Shown here: positions 25,015 to 37,600 of the stretch, in pieces | Position numbering within the stretch: position 1 is the first letter of the stretch | Layout: each line of letters begins with the position of its first letter | Assembly (NCBI GenBank): GCA_030141605.1 | Contig: JAQGDQ010000079.1 | Location: forward strand, 620,001-684,000 | Source of the DNA: Tubiluchus corallicola | Lineage: Eukaryota > Animalia > Priapulida | Length of the DNA: 64,000 bases | Direction: 5' to 3' | The notes under the pieces: model-generated | The model's input: only the letters and a program-made list of their open reading frames with translations | What the model was told of the DNA's origin: nothing | The model's database searches: none | Position numbers and translations under genes: made by a program

Positions 25015-28000
25015 ATGGTAGTTGAAATTGATTGTATAATAAAAGTAGGGGGAGGTGCTTTGACTCACAAGAAAGAATCGAAGCAAGAGGTTAAAAAAGA
25101 TGCTTTGCGAACTGTGGCAAAAATAATGACGTTGTGTATGGTCAAACGATTAAAATGCATCGTAGTTCATGGTGCTGGGTACGTAAAACAATCATTTTGT
25201 GTTCGGCTTAATGGAGTTAATCTGGATTCAATTCCTGCTCCAACGATAGTGACTAAAAAGTACCTGCATGACATATATGTATGTATGACGTGTATGTAGA
25301 GAATGATTTTTTTGCTTGGGGATTTATCACTGCCTTCGCTACTTTAATTAAAAGCTCCAATTAGAAAATAAACAAAACACGGGCGAATTCAGTTACCCAG
25401 CTTTCATCAACTATTTCGTAATGATTTGAGGCCAGAGGGTTGCAGAAAATGTAAGTTCATGAAGTGGGGCTCGTGCAGACCGTCTGGAATCTCTGAGTAG
25501 GCCCTGTGGCATTGAAAGTATTGTTAACTGTAGCTTTGTTTTTAGAATAAAAATAAAATAACTAGTTGGGACAGTCTGGCATGTTAATATAAGATTACAA
25601 AATGTTGTGAGAAGTGACTAGTAATAAAGTGCATTGCATGCTGTCTCCCGAAATCTTGAAAAATGAAAGTATGCCTGCAGTTTGTAGTTAAATTGTAAAA
25701 GTAGCAAAACTGTTGAAACATAGAAAGTCAAATGAACTTTTAGTGCAGAGTAAGTCAAAATTAACGTTAGAAAGAACAAAGTAACGAATTCATGAGCATG
25801 TCAATAAAATTGTTAATCACAAGTATTTTTAGGACAAAATTTCAAAGTGGTATTAAAATGCAGTTTTAAAATATAAAAATTGTATTTTTACCCTAAAACA
25901 GGTCAGCAAAATAGTATTTTTAAAACAATTAACTTACTGTATAATAAAGGTAAGCTAAAGCAGAAATTTGCTGAACAGAACCAAACAAAATAGCTCAGAA
26001 ATTTATCCGAACCGAACTAAACTGGACACTATATTTTAATTTCTAAAACTGAACCAAACCGAATATTTTCGTGTATAGTAATTACCAATTTTCTAAGCCG
26101 GATAAAATGTGCAATAAAGACTTTGAGAACTCACTGTTAAATCATCACTTTAATGACTTTATGCATATTATGTTGTTTAATATTTTATTGTTTTAATTTT
26201 TTGAGAATTTCTAGAACTACAGTGTTCTCTCACTTATCGCGGGTGTTCCATTCCAGGCCCACCCGCGATAAGTGAATTTCCGCGAAGTAGGGACGCGAAT
26301 ATATACTTATTTCAGTAGTTATACATTATTTTAAGTCTTTATAAACCCTCCCCACACTCTTATACATATGCATAACCCTTTCCCATTCCCTTAATAACTT
26401 TTCCCATACTGTACATGTACTGTACAATACGTACTACGCATGTGCAAAAATACTTTAGACGGAGTACCGCAAAAACCCGCCAAACAGCGAAAATACCGCG
26501 ATAAATATTTTACATTAATACTTTTGAAAACCTGCGAAACAGCGAGACAACTATAAATGAACTGCAAAGTAGCTAGGGAACACTGTATGTCTAATTTATA
26601 GTTAATCAAAGTCTTGGGTATACTAGTACTAAGTTCCTACTAAATTACTAATTTAAGCCATAGTGCTGATTATTATTACCCTGTCTGTGGATCCACCACA
26701 GCACTACTTCATCAAAATAATTGATCTAATACACATTACACAAATCTTCTTTACATATACTAATATCATTTCATTTAAAGTACAACATATAATTTAGTTA
26801 TGGAAATTGTGAATGCCAGTGCGATGGTAGTGAGGTGCCAGTGCGAGCTCTAACGTTGCATTTATAAGAAAGTTTTACACTTAGCTATGTGGCTTCACCT
26901 AGTTATTTCAGTAATTATTATGTTTATATATGATATATGATATTATGATATATGGTTTTAGCTTATTCATTCAATCGTGTATATCTCATTAAATTCTTTA
27001 ATTGATGTCTGCTGAAGGACTGAAAAAAATCTTAAATTTACGTACTGTAACTATAATATTATATCGTAGTTATTCACTATAATAGCTCAGCTGCCTATTA
27101 CTTAATTGGATTCTCTGCAATGCGCTCAGTCTGATAACTGACTCCAGCTGATTATGTCAAAGAGCTTCCTAATTCAAGTCTCAAGGTCATTTAACTTGGC
27201 TCCCACTGTCACCTTCCGCTGTGTATTACCATCTTTTTAAAATGTGTGAAAGAAACTAGAAGATAAAATTGGTAATTTTTGCAAACGTGCAAATTTCATA
27301 ATTTCGCCAGATATAGGCAGCATGTTCCGGGTGGAACTGAATCAGATATCTGATCCGGATCCGGCCCCAGATATCTCATCACTATCCGAAGTTTGGCTCA
27401 TCTGTACTATATAAATAAGGTTAGAGAAGAATTGCAATAATTACAATAAATACACAAAGTGACAGCACTGCATTGACAAAACAATAGTTACTGCGCACTA
27501 TACATCAATTATAGTTTATGCACTACTGGTGGGATCAGTTAATCAGTTTTTCTGTCATCTGAACATAGTGTTGATTAAACACAAGTTCAAAGAAAACAAT
27601 GTTTGTTTATTACCTTAATGGGGTACTTGCATTTACTTTATTGCAAAACAAAAGTTTGGAATGATTTTGAAAGACCTATAAGTATTTTTTATAGTACATT
27701 CATCGCTAACACAAATTTATAAATTGCATTATTTTACAGGTCATATGGGCATGGTTCTGCAAAGCAATGGGGACTAAAACTTGGGTGGAAAGGGAATCAG
27801 AAAGATCCTGATTATCCTGAACCTCTAAATAGAGTAAAAATGGGTTTCTGCATCACTCACAGAGAAGTCTTACAGGTAATTGCTATGTTGAAACATGTAT
27901 TACATATTCTTGACTAATAGTTTCACTGGCTGTGAGTAATGCACAGTTCACAGATTTGCGATGTAATTGTTGACTGGTAATTATAGTAGGATTGCAGAAC

Positions 28001-31000
28001 TCGAAACTGGGAACTGGATAAAATAGAATTTGCTGATTTATGGTTTGCAAACTTGATATAATTCTGGCTACAGTTTATTCCTGTTCAAGCTAAAGAGCAA
28101 AAATATATTAAATTAAATTAATTAAAATCAAATAGTGTGCTTGTTGTACTTCAAGTTGGATAAATTAAATCCATGTCGACTTGATGTAGAAGTTTGTTTA
28201 TTTAATACTTGTCTGTTTGCTTCTTCAGCTTAATCAGATGATAGTCAAGGAAATGACAGAACATGGTGTACAAGCTCTGGCACAGTCCGTAAGTTTTTAT
28301 TTTCTTGCTGTGCAATTTACAAAGGTTTGCCAATGAAAATAACAATCCAGTTTTAGTTTTCGATTATAACTTAAAAACTGCTAAAACTATAAATTTGTGA
28401 CTTTCACAGCAAAAAGTTAGTGCATTAAACTATCATGCTGTGAAATTTCAACTTTTTAGGCCACTCGCTTCTAATATCATTATAGTCTAAACTTTGAAAC
28501 TTTTTTCTGCACGCTACATATATATGTACATTGCACTCCTTATGGTTGGGGAATGACATTATGCAACTGATCTAAGTAACATGACAGTCCATATCATGTC
28601 TAAATGATTACAGTATGATTATCAGCATTAACTTCAAAAATTCAAATATGCAATATCTAGAAGTATGATAAACATTTCATTTTAGAAAACTAAGTAAAGC
28701 AGCCTTTTGTGTATATGATGGTTAAACCTAAGTTTGCCTAATACAAAGTTCTGACGACCATTTATATGTACCACATATAATATATTCATTTAAGTTCAGG
28801 AATATTACAGTAAAAGTATGATTAGTCAAGCTTACGCATAACAGTATGTTGACTAAGCTCAGCACTAACTAGAAGCAGCTGTAGTATCTTTACTGACTAA
28901 CTCTTGTGTCTCTAAAATTTAAGTAAGAAGATTGGAATGAGACAGCCAGGTACTGTAATCGTTATCATTTTGTGGTGACTATAAATAGATAGTATCATTA
29001 ATATTTTTGAAGTAGCAGAAGAAATGGTCCAAACACAGTACTCAGGGGCATATTCACTAATAGGGGTGTAGTATTAAAAATTCTTATTCACTTCAGAAAA
29101 TATCTTTTCCTATTCACAAAAAGTGCATGTGTTATAACACATCGCAAGCAGTTGCTGAATCCGCATTTACATAAAAGCCGTTGTAATAAACAAGTACAAT
29201 TTTTTTTGTAATCAGTTGTGCATCCTGCTTAAATATCAGTACTAATGTAATAAACATTAATTATGTGCATATGTACTAGCAGAGTTTTGCCATTTAAAAA
29301 AATATTCTATATTTGGGCAATTGTTTGTATACAGTCTCTTGAACACTGCAATATCCTATAGCTTCATTAAAAGTTCAGAAGTAAAACTTTGATTTTTTTG
29401 TTGCATGCTGCTTTGATTTCAAACAGTTTCTCTTAAAGTTTTTCAAAAATGATTTTCAGCCTTTTTCGACTTGGGAAACAGATTATGGAATAGTTGTAAA
29501 ACACAACATTGAAGCCCTCACAAGACAGATTGAACTTGGATTTATACCGGTGTTACATGGTGATACGGTTTTTGACCGAAGTTGGGGTTGCCACATACTT
29601 AGTGGAGACACCATTGTCGAGGTAACAAAAGTAAAATTTCACTTTTGCTCAAAAATTGCATATTGTAAATGGGATATGCAATTTGAAATTCATATTCCGT
29701 TGATTATTTACCTCATAGACGTTAATGGTGTATATGACAAGCCTCCAGAGTGTGGTAAGGTTTTTACTATTATTTACATCAAGAAAATCAAACATAGTTC
29801 TCTAATGAAGGATTAACATGCTTTTTTGTGCTTGATGGTTTAAGATAATTTGTAAGCTTCACAATAAGGCTGATTGTTTATACAGCAATTTGCTTGGTTT
29901 TTTATCTTTAATCTTAAAAATCTAAATTTTAGTATCTTCCAGCAGAGTTCCATTAATCAATACTGACCACGAAGCACTGATGCGTGTCTGTGTTTGCTCC
30001 CCCAGAAAATGTTGAAAAAAATTAAGGTCAATTTCCTTGCACCTGAACTAATCCTTACTGGGTATCTTTCTGATGTGTTTCCCTGTAGGAAGGACGAAAT
30101 GCAATTAGCTATTCAGTTGATCAGATTTATCTAGAAATCTACACCGTAACTATAAATGCTAATTGTTTGAACAAGCATTTTTTCTATTGTTTGAATAAGA
30201 GCCCCGTGATTGATTTGGTGAAAAAATAAGGGCCTCAGCTCTAAAACAGTTAAACACCGTGCATGTTTCATTTTAGTTGCTGAGCACAACAATGAATGTA
30301 CGGAGAGTCATTTATCTCACAGATGTTAATGGTGTATATGACAAGCCTCCAGAGTGCGGTAAGGTTTTTACTATTATTTACATCAAGAAAATCAAACATA
30401 GTTCTCTAATGAAGGATTAGCATGCTTTTTTGTGCTTGATGGTTCAAGATAATTTGTAATCTTCACAATAAGGCTGATTGTTTGTACAGGAATTTGCTTT
30501 TGAAATAACTGAGGGGGCATATTGTCTCTTTTCTTTTTGCAAGAGGTTTTCTTGTCGTCCTTGAAAACATTCGGTGAATTGAACCGTTGCTGCCTTGCTA
30601 TTATGAATGAACATGTTCGATGAACATACGGCCGTTCCATCATGCTACTGACAAAATGTCATGTACATATAATGACATTAAATGAGAACGAGGTTTCGCT
30701 AATAAAGTCTATGTTGTTTTAATTCTCTCAATTTCAGACTTAAACTCTGCAAGTGAGTGCACAAGTTGGTTTTACTTATCGAAATTATCCTTTGTTGTAC
30801 TTTTACAAACTTTGTATGTTCAATGTGTTTACTGGAATGCAAAACAGAGAACCTTAAAATTTTAACTGTTTCAGACCTGATATAGATCAAAATATAGCTG
30901 TTATTAGAGAGGGTATCTCACTTTGACAATGTGGCACCATGTATAATATATTGAGTATATACTGTATATACTACGTCCTTTCTTATTTACATAAAACAAA

Positions 31001-31531
31001 AAATGTGGCTCTGCCTGATGCTGCTAAATTCCACACATTTATCTTAGCATTTTTATATTATTATGACCTTTGAATTTCATTCTTTGGGAATTAGTGGCAA
31101 AGAAAGGCAATTAAAATACGCTTGAATTTTTTTACTGCATTTTTCAAGGTTTTTATTTTCTTTCCCTATAAGCATTTTTACAGACTGTGGTAAAGTACCG
31201 ATGTATTGCACAGCTCTTTTCGACAATTACCTGAATTTTTTTCATAGCTGGTGCCAGATTAATTCCGACATTGAAAATCTCATCTCACAGTGACATCTAC
31301 AATGTAATAAAAACAACACCTGATGAAAATGGCGGAGAAAACAGTGCGGATTGCAATGACGTTACTGGAGGTTTTCAGACAAAGGTGAGCGCAGCAGCAG
31401 AAACTGTCTTAAAAACTGAGGGTCGAACACCTGTATTTATCTGCCGTTTGACATCCACGGGGGCCATCAATGCTGTGATCAAGGGTGAAATTACAGACTG
31501 TGAAGGAACAGTGTTATCATTAAAAACGTGA
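25015..31531 (+). CDS. IPK: Isopentenyl phosphate kinase (IPK)-like, amino acid kinase family, 6 exons, ~295 aa
   Basis: Exons 25015-25178, 27740-27875, 28229-28288, 29460-29621, 30277-30358, 31248-31531 (888 bp, GT-AG, phases consistent). Motifs IIKVGGGALT, VVHGAGSYGH (IPK-diagnostic His), IPVLHGD, ILSGD, TDVNGVYDKPP, DVTGGFQTK. Confidence 0.88.
26220..26585. mobile_element. Tigger/pogo-like MITE in IPK intron 1
   Basis: TA|CAGTGTTC ... GAACACTG|TA ends. Perfect 16-bp subterminal inverted repeat TCACTTATCGCGGGTG (26230-26245) / CACCCGCGATAAGTGA (26260-26275). Confidence 0.75.
29705..29895 (+). repeat. ~190-bp direct duplication of the IPK exon 5 3' half plus the start of the following intron (original 30309-30499)
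   Basis: Near-identical sequence (gttaatggtgtatatgacaagcctccagagtgYggtaaggtttttactattatttacatcaagaaaatc...) occurs twice, about 600 bp apart. Confidence 0.95.
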
Positions 31532-34500
31532 GCATTGAAAGGACTTAATTGTGTACAATACACAGCATCAAAGGAGGTGTGAAAAGTGCATTAACCTTTT
31601 AACATAGACATTTTGTAGCTCCATTAACAGCTGTGATGGTGTCAAACAACAAAAGCCTGAAAAATAACTTTTAACCACAGAAAAGGGATAGATACTGAAA
31701 TTGTGAAGGGAAGATCACTTGAAAAGATATTAATTTTATGAGCAATAGTTTGTGTTAAAGCCTTTTTAGACTCTGACTTGTTTGGAGGACAAATAACCAG
31801 TAACCACACTTTTATAGAAATAATCACATACTATTTGATTTTTAACTGAATGGCATACAATTTGCAACACTTGACAGTAGTGTTATTAATGAGGCACTGG
31901 ATACCACTCATATTCCTGCTTGAGTACTTGACGTGTACCTATCTTGAAGCAGTTTTTCTTGTGATTTTGACTGGTTATTGTCTAATGTATAGTACAGGGT
32001 AGGGTACAGTACAAGGTGCATATGTAACTAGACTTTAACTTTAGGAGTGTGGAACCTAGGTTATTCAGATGGTTAACTGTAAGTACATGCAATTGCATAC
32101 TGCGCAAGTACAAAAATTCCCAGTTTTCTGCCGAAAATCAATGTAACAATAAAAACTCCTTTTTATATGCTTGCTAAAATGTCAACAAGGTTCTAAACAT
32201 TTATGTATTATATCCCACAAATCTATGGGGTCCTGTACTTTGTCACTATTTCATGAAATGTGGAGCAGTGTCAGTTGTGTTCTGAATTTTGCCACACATT
32301 TTTCATTTCCTTTTTCTGGATTTATTCTTAGTACATATAATTCATTTGCTACCCCAGTATATTTGTATGTACCATTATAATGAATGAATTTTTTTCATTT
32401 AAGATTCGTCATGTTTTACTTTTATTTCATTCTAATTAGAAAGGCTACATAAATTTCGTAATTTTTACCACAGAATAGTTATAATAAAACACAACAATAA
32501 GGCCTGTTTTCTCCTCCATCTGCAGTAATCAACTAATTAACTAAAAAACTGCTGACTTTTAAAAGAATCATGATTTGCAGATTTGTTGATATGTAACTAT
32601 TTGGCTTTTTTAACTGTACATATTTTTGTTATAATTTCATAACATAATTGAGATCACGGATTCTGACTTTAATGTTTTAACTGGTTTTCTTACATGTTCT
32701 ATTGTTTGTACACCATTTTCAATATTAATTCAAATCTATAATTAACGAATTACAGTGTTTAGTGTAAAATGGTACTCTTAGAATAAGTTTAAATTCGACA
32801 TTTTTTAACAGTATAATGGCAAACCACACTTAATATCTAAATTTGTTACTAGAAAAAAAATCAACGTTTCATCTATTCGTAGTAAACTTCCTTATGTTGT
32901 AAAGAATCAATTACAGTACTACAAATAAACAAAGGTCTTTTTTGTAAAAAATTTAAATAATTATGTGGTTTGCCATTCTATTGTTAAAAATTTTTGGCTC
33001 AAGTTGACTACGTGCCAATCGGTTTGTTGAAGGTTTAAATTATTTGTACTTCTAATCTCAATATAATCAGTTTTTATCACTCCTTGACTAGAACTAATAC
33101 ACAGCTCAAGACGAGCTTCTGATATTGCATTTGTTCCATATCTGACGGGCAACTTTTGTCTCAATATTTTGAAACAATAAAAATGTACAGTTAATGCTCT
33201 TAACAAATGGTGTACTTTAGTATAATACTGTAATTTAGTAGTATTGTGTATAACTACTATTATAACACTTATTTTATTACTATTAAGCTGACACTTATTT
33301 TTTATTCAATATTTCAAATCAAGACAAATAAAATCTGGTCATTTTAGTAAGTTTTTATGCTATTTGTCTGCTAACTTCATGATAAATTTGATGCTTCTGT
33401 TTCCAATTAATGAACTTTTTTGGCAAGTCTTACTCACAACTCTATGATGAGTCTCGCTAGCTGTTCTTTTGTTCACGAGACAGTTGCAGATTTTTCCACA
33501 TGGCAGTATACAGCTTGGCCACCTTTGCAAATACAGTACACATTTTGAAATCAAAACATTATTGTTACTTTTATTAGTTGGCAATTTCTTCAAAGGGCAT
33601 TTAAGCTTGTCTAATGTGAAGCTATCTGAAAATTTATTCTGTCCCAAGAAACCCCAAAAGCCGTTCATTAGATGCCGACCTGCTTAATAGACAAACAGCT
33701 AAAGTGAAGTAGAAAGGTTTGCTAAATGCAAATTCAAACTGCAAGCCATGTAAGCATTTTTTACGTTCAGCAAAGTGTCTTAAAATAAAGAAGCTGCAGA
33801 GCCATTCTTCATAGTTTCCAGTTACTGATGTTGCATGGCGAGTTTGGTTATAAAAAAACAAGAACAAACATTATCTTTATGGTAAAACGTAAGTAATTTA
33901 TTGCAAATAGAAATAAGATTTTTTGAGCCAAAATGCAATACCCGAATGATGAACTGTCAACTTTACAACAATAAAATACGGTAACGTGAATCAACTTGCA
34001 ATTTTGTAGCAAGAAAAACATCGCAACACTGCTTCTTGTTTTCAATGTTGGAATGGCACAACAATATAGAAACTAAGCTTAACTAAAGAGTTCACATAGC
34101 TAAAGTTATCTAAAATAATTTAAACTACATGCCTCTTGACTAGTCTAATGTTCAACTTTCAAGCAAGAACATGTAACCTATGGGTTATTTATAGTGTGCA
34201 GACAAATGTTTACCCAGAGCAGAGCGAAACCCAATACAGCTACATTTAGCCTGCTGAAATGTCACCGGGGGGAAAATATCTACAGACTTCCTGCAGGAAA
34301 ATAAATTAGAAGCCGGCCAATGTGCATTGAATAACTGTATTCTTAGTTATAGAAGCTGGTAAAATGAGTTAGACAACAACTTACAAACTCTAAACAGACA
34401 GTAAGATCTTGCAGAAAACTAATTTAAATGGTTTGAAATGCTGAAATTGTTTTTAGAAAAACAGTTTTTTCCAGAAAGCTTATTTTGAAAAATTAAATAC

Positions 34501-34657
34501 TACTCTGAGCCTTTAAACACGCATTACAACTATCCGCAGAGATTCTATGTGCGAGAGACAAAACATACATAACATTATACGTAATAATAATATATAACAA
34601 CAACTACGTATAATAACAGCCATATTATCTTATAGACATGACACTGTTCATGAGGAT

Positions 34658-37600
34658 CTAGTACTGGTGGTTAGCAACAAACAGAGATTTACCACCAGCA
34701 GCTCCAGCCATTCCACCTCCGTACTTGCCTAGTGCTGCCAATCCGTTTGCCTGGGAAGTACAAAAATGTTGTTAAACGCACATCTGACACAAGTTCAGTA
34801 ATACAAAATTCTAGCAAGCTCGTCCAAAAACAATAATACTCTTAAGCATGCTTGTGTAAAATAGAACATGCATAGTAAGCAAAGCTAAACTATAAAATAC
34901 TTTGTGGTCATACCACACTGTAGCTTTTGTAGAATCTCAAGAATTTTTGTGACAATGGATTACTTTAAAAAGACTTTGTGTGCTGACACGAATATAATGC
35001 AAAATAAAGACAGCTTGAATAACACTAATTGTAAACTTCACAACAGAAGTATAACACCTATCACAAACCTTTCTCTCAATTCTACACCTACCAAAAATGT
35101 ACCTTACCAGGTCGAAAATTAAGCAGGCAAATATGTACACACACAAGGATAATCACAGTAATATTAAAGCACATAACCGATACCTGTGCTCTCTTCTTAA
35201 ACTCATCCTGTGCAGCTTTGACCAATTCTGGCTTTCCTTGCCAGGCAGCCAGTACTGATGCTTGCAGAGCACGTCCATAGCTGAATGTCAGGCCCCATGG
35301 GTTCTTGCCCTTGCACTGATTGATCGCACTTAGATTCAATGACGCCTCTTCCTCACTTTGACCACCCGACAAGAAGGTCACACCTAACAGAAAAAACATT
35401 AATGAAATTTGCATACAAAGTCTCATATGGATTCACAAGTGTTAAGACTCTAGACACAGTAACAAAAGCTCTAAAGAACACTTGTAAAAGAGCAAACAGA
35501 ACAGTATGCGCCATAAAAAGCATAATAAAAGGTAATTATTAAACATGTATAAGCAGTTTAATACTAACAAGATTTCTAAAGGTCGCACAAAATAAATAAC
35601 ACAATCTGACAGAAAAAACAGAAATTAGAATTACAAATCACACATATTAGGTAAGTAAATCCTTACGGATGAGAATTTGAAACAATTGCAAGACCTAATC
35701 TAATGTGCAAAGAAAGTTCAAAAACATCAAACCTGCATAAACTCTCGCTACAGTATACCATTTTCAGTAAAGGCAGCAGTCTGACAACCTTTTCAAATAA
35801 ACGATTATGCACTAACTTGTTGTTGTTGTTGGCATCCTTCTGTCTCGAAAGACAATGGATTGTGCGCCAAGAGAGTCAGTTATTAATAAAATTGATGGAG
35901 CTGCAGCGTCGACTGTGACTGAGCAGTCCGATCCTTGAGCGGCAGTTCCGGCTGCAGGTTATACATTGGAAGGCTGTTTCATCCGGATGAGGTAGGGCAT
36001 CTTTCTGGTGCCTGCGAGTCCTTTTATCCTCTTGTTTTTCCTCCCTCGTTTTCTCCGCTCTGTTAATGGCTGTCCTAACAGCAGATTTCCAGTTGCTTCG
36101 ATCTGCCGTAAGCGCCTCGTAATTTGCTGGTGTCATGCCGCCTGCCTTGAGGTCCCGTTTACATACATCTTTGTAGCGGAGCAGTGGCCTCCCGGTGGGT
36201 CGGGAGCCAGTAGCAAGCTCACCGTACAGAATGTCCTTGGGCAATCTGCCGTCCTGCATGCGGGAAACATGGCCTAGCCAGCGCAGACGTCTGTTGGTGA
36301 GTATGGCATACATGCTAGGGATTCCAGCTTTTGCTAGCACATCCTTGTTGGTTATGTGCTCCTGCCATGAGATGCCCAGGATTCTTCTGAGGCAGCGTTG
36401 GTGGAAAGCATTGAGCCTGCGTTCTTGATGGCTATACAGAGTCCAACTCTCGCTCCCGTACAACAGTGTGCTCAGTACACAGGCTTGGTACACCTGGGAC
36501 TTTGTCCTGATAGTCAGCATGTTGTTTTCCCACACCCTCTTTGTTAAGCGAGCCATCGTTGATGAGGCCTTGCCGATTCTGGAGTTCAGTTCTGTGGCCA
36601 AGCTAAGATTGCTGGAAATAACAGAACCAAGATAGGTGAAATCTTCCACCACGTCAAGGCAGCAGTCATCGATGGAGATGTGAGGGGCTGGGGAAACATT
36701 TTGGCCTAAAACCTTGGTCTTTTGGATGCTGATTGTGAGGCCAAACTCACTGCAGGCATGGGCAAAGTTGTCAATGAGGCCTTGGAGGCCGGCTTCAGTG
36801 TGAGCTGTCAGTGCGGCATCATCTGCAAACAGCATTTCACGAATGAGAACTTTGCGAACCCGTGACTTTGCTCGGAGACGAGAGAGGTTGAACAGGCTGC
36901 CGTCGCTTCGTGTGTGTAAATAGACTCCCTCTTCAGTTTCTTTAAATGCATAGCACAGCAGCAGAGAGAACAGGATACCAAAGAGGGTTGGGGCAAGGAC
37001 ACATCCTTGTTTAACTCCGCTTTTGATTGGGAATGGGTGTGAGGAAGAGCCGTCGGACTGAACAGTACCTTTCATTTCCTCGTGGAAGGAAGTAATCAGT
37101 CTCAGCAGCTTTGGGGGGCATCCAATTCTCTGCAGGAGTGTAAACAGGCCCGATCTGCTAACCAAATCAAATGCTTTGGTCAAGTCAATGAATGCTATAA
37201 ACAGGGGCCGTCGTTGTTCGCGGCATTTTTCCTGGAGCTGTCTTAGAGAGAATATCATGTCGATGGTGGATCTCTCTGCCCTGAAACCGCATTGTGCTTC
37301 TGGGTAAACCCGTTCGGCGAGACGGTGGAGTCTGTTTAGTAGCACGCGGGCAAAGGTCTTTCCCACGGTGGAGAGGAGGGATATTCCGCGATAGTTGTTG
37401 CAATCGCTCCGATCGCCTTTATTTTTGTAAAGGGTAATGATGTTGGCATCACGCATGTCCTGAGGCACAGTACCTTCATCCCAGCATTGTAAAAGGAGGT
37501 CGTGCAAATGCTCGAGGAGACAGGTTTGTTTACCTGCTTTAATGACCTCTGGGGGTATACCATCACTTCCAGGAGCTTTGCCGCTCGCCAGAGAGTCGAT

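Noticed and set aside
25960-27400. AACCG- and CCGGAT-rich patches resembling hAT subterminal repeats (also ~2460, ~3490-4020, ~44500)
   Set aside because: No paired TIRs or TSDs could be located.
29719-29754. Duplicated IPK segment as an independent 36-nt cassette exon (catag|AC)
   Set aside because: Exon 4 ends in phase 0, but this acceptor is phase 1 relative to the IPK frame, so the segment would be read out of frame.
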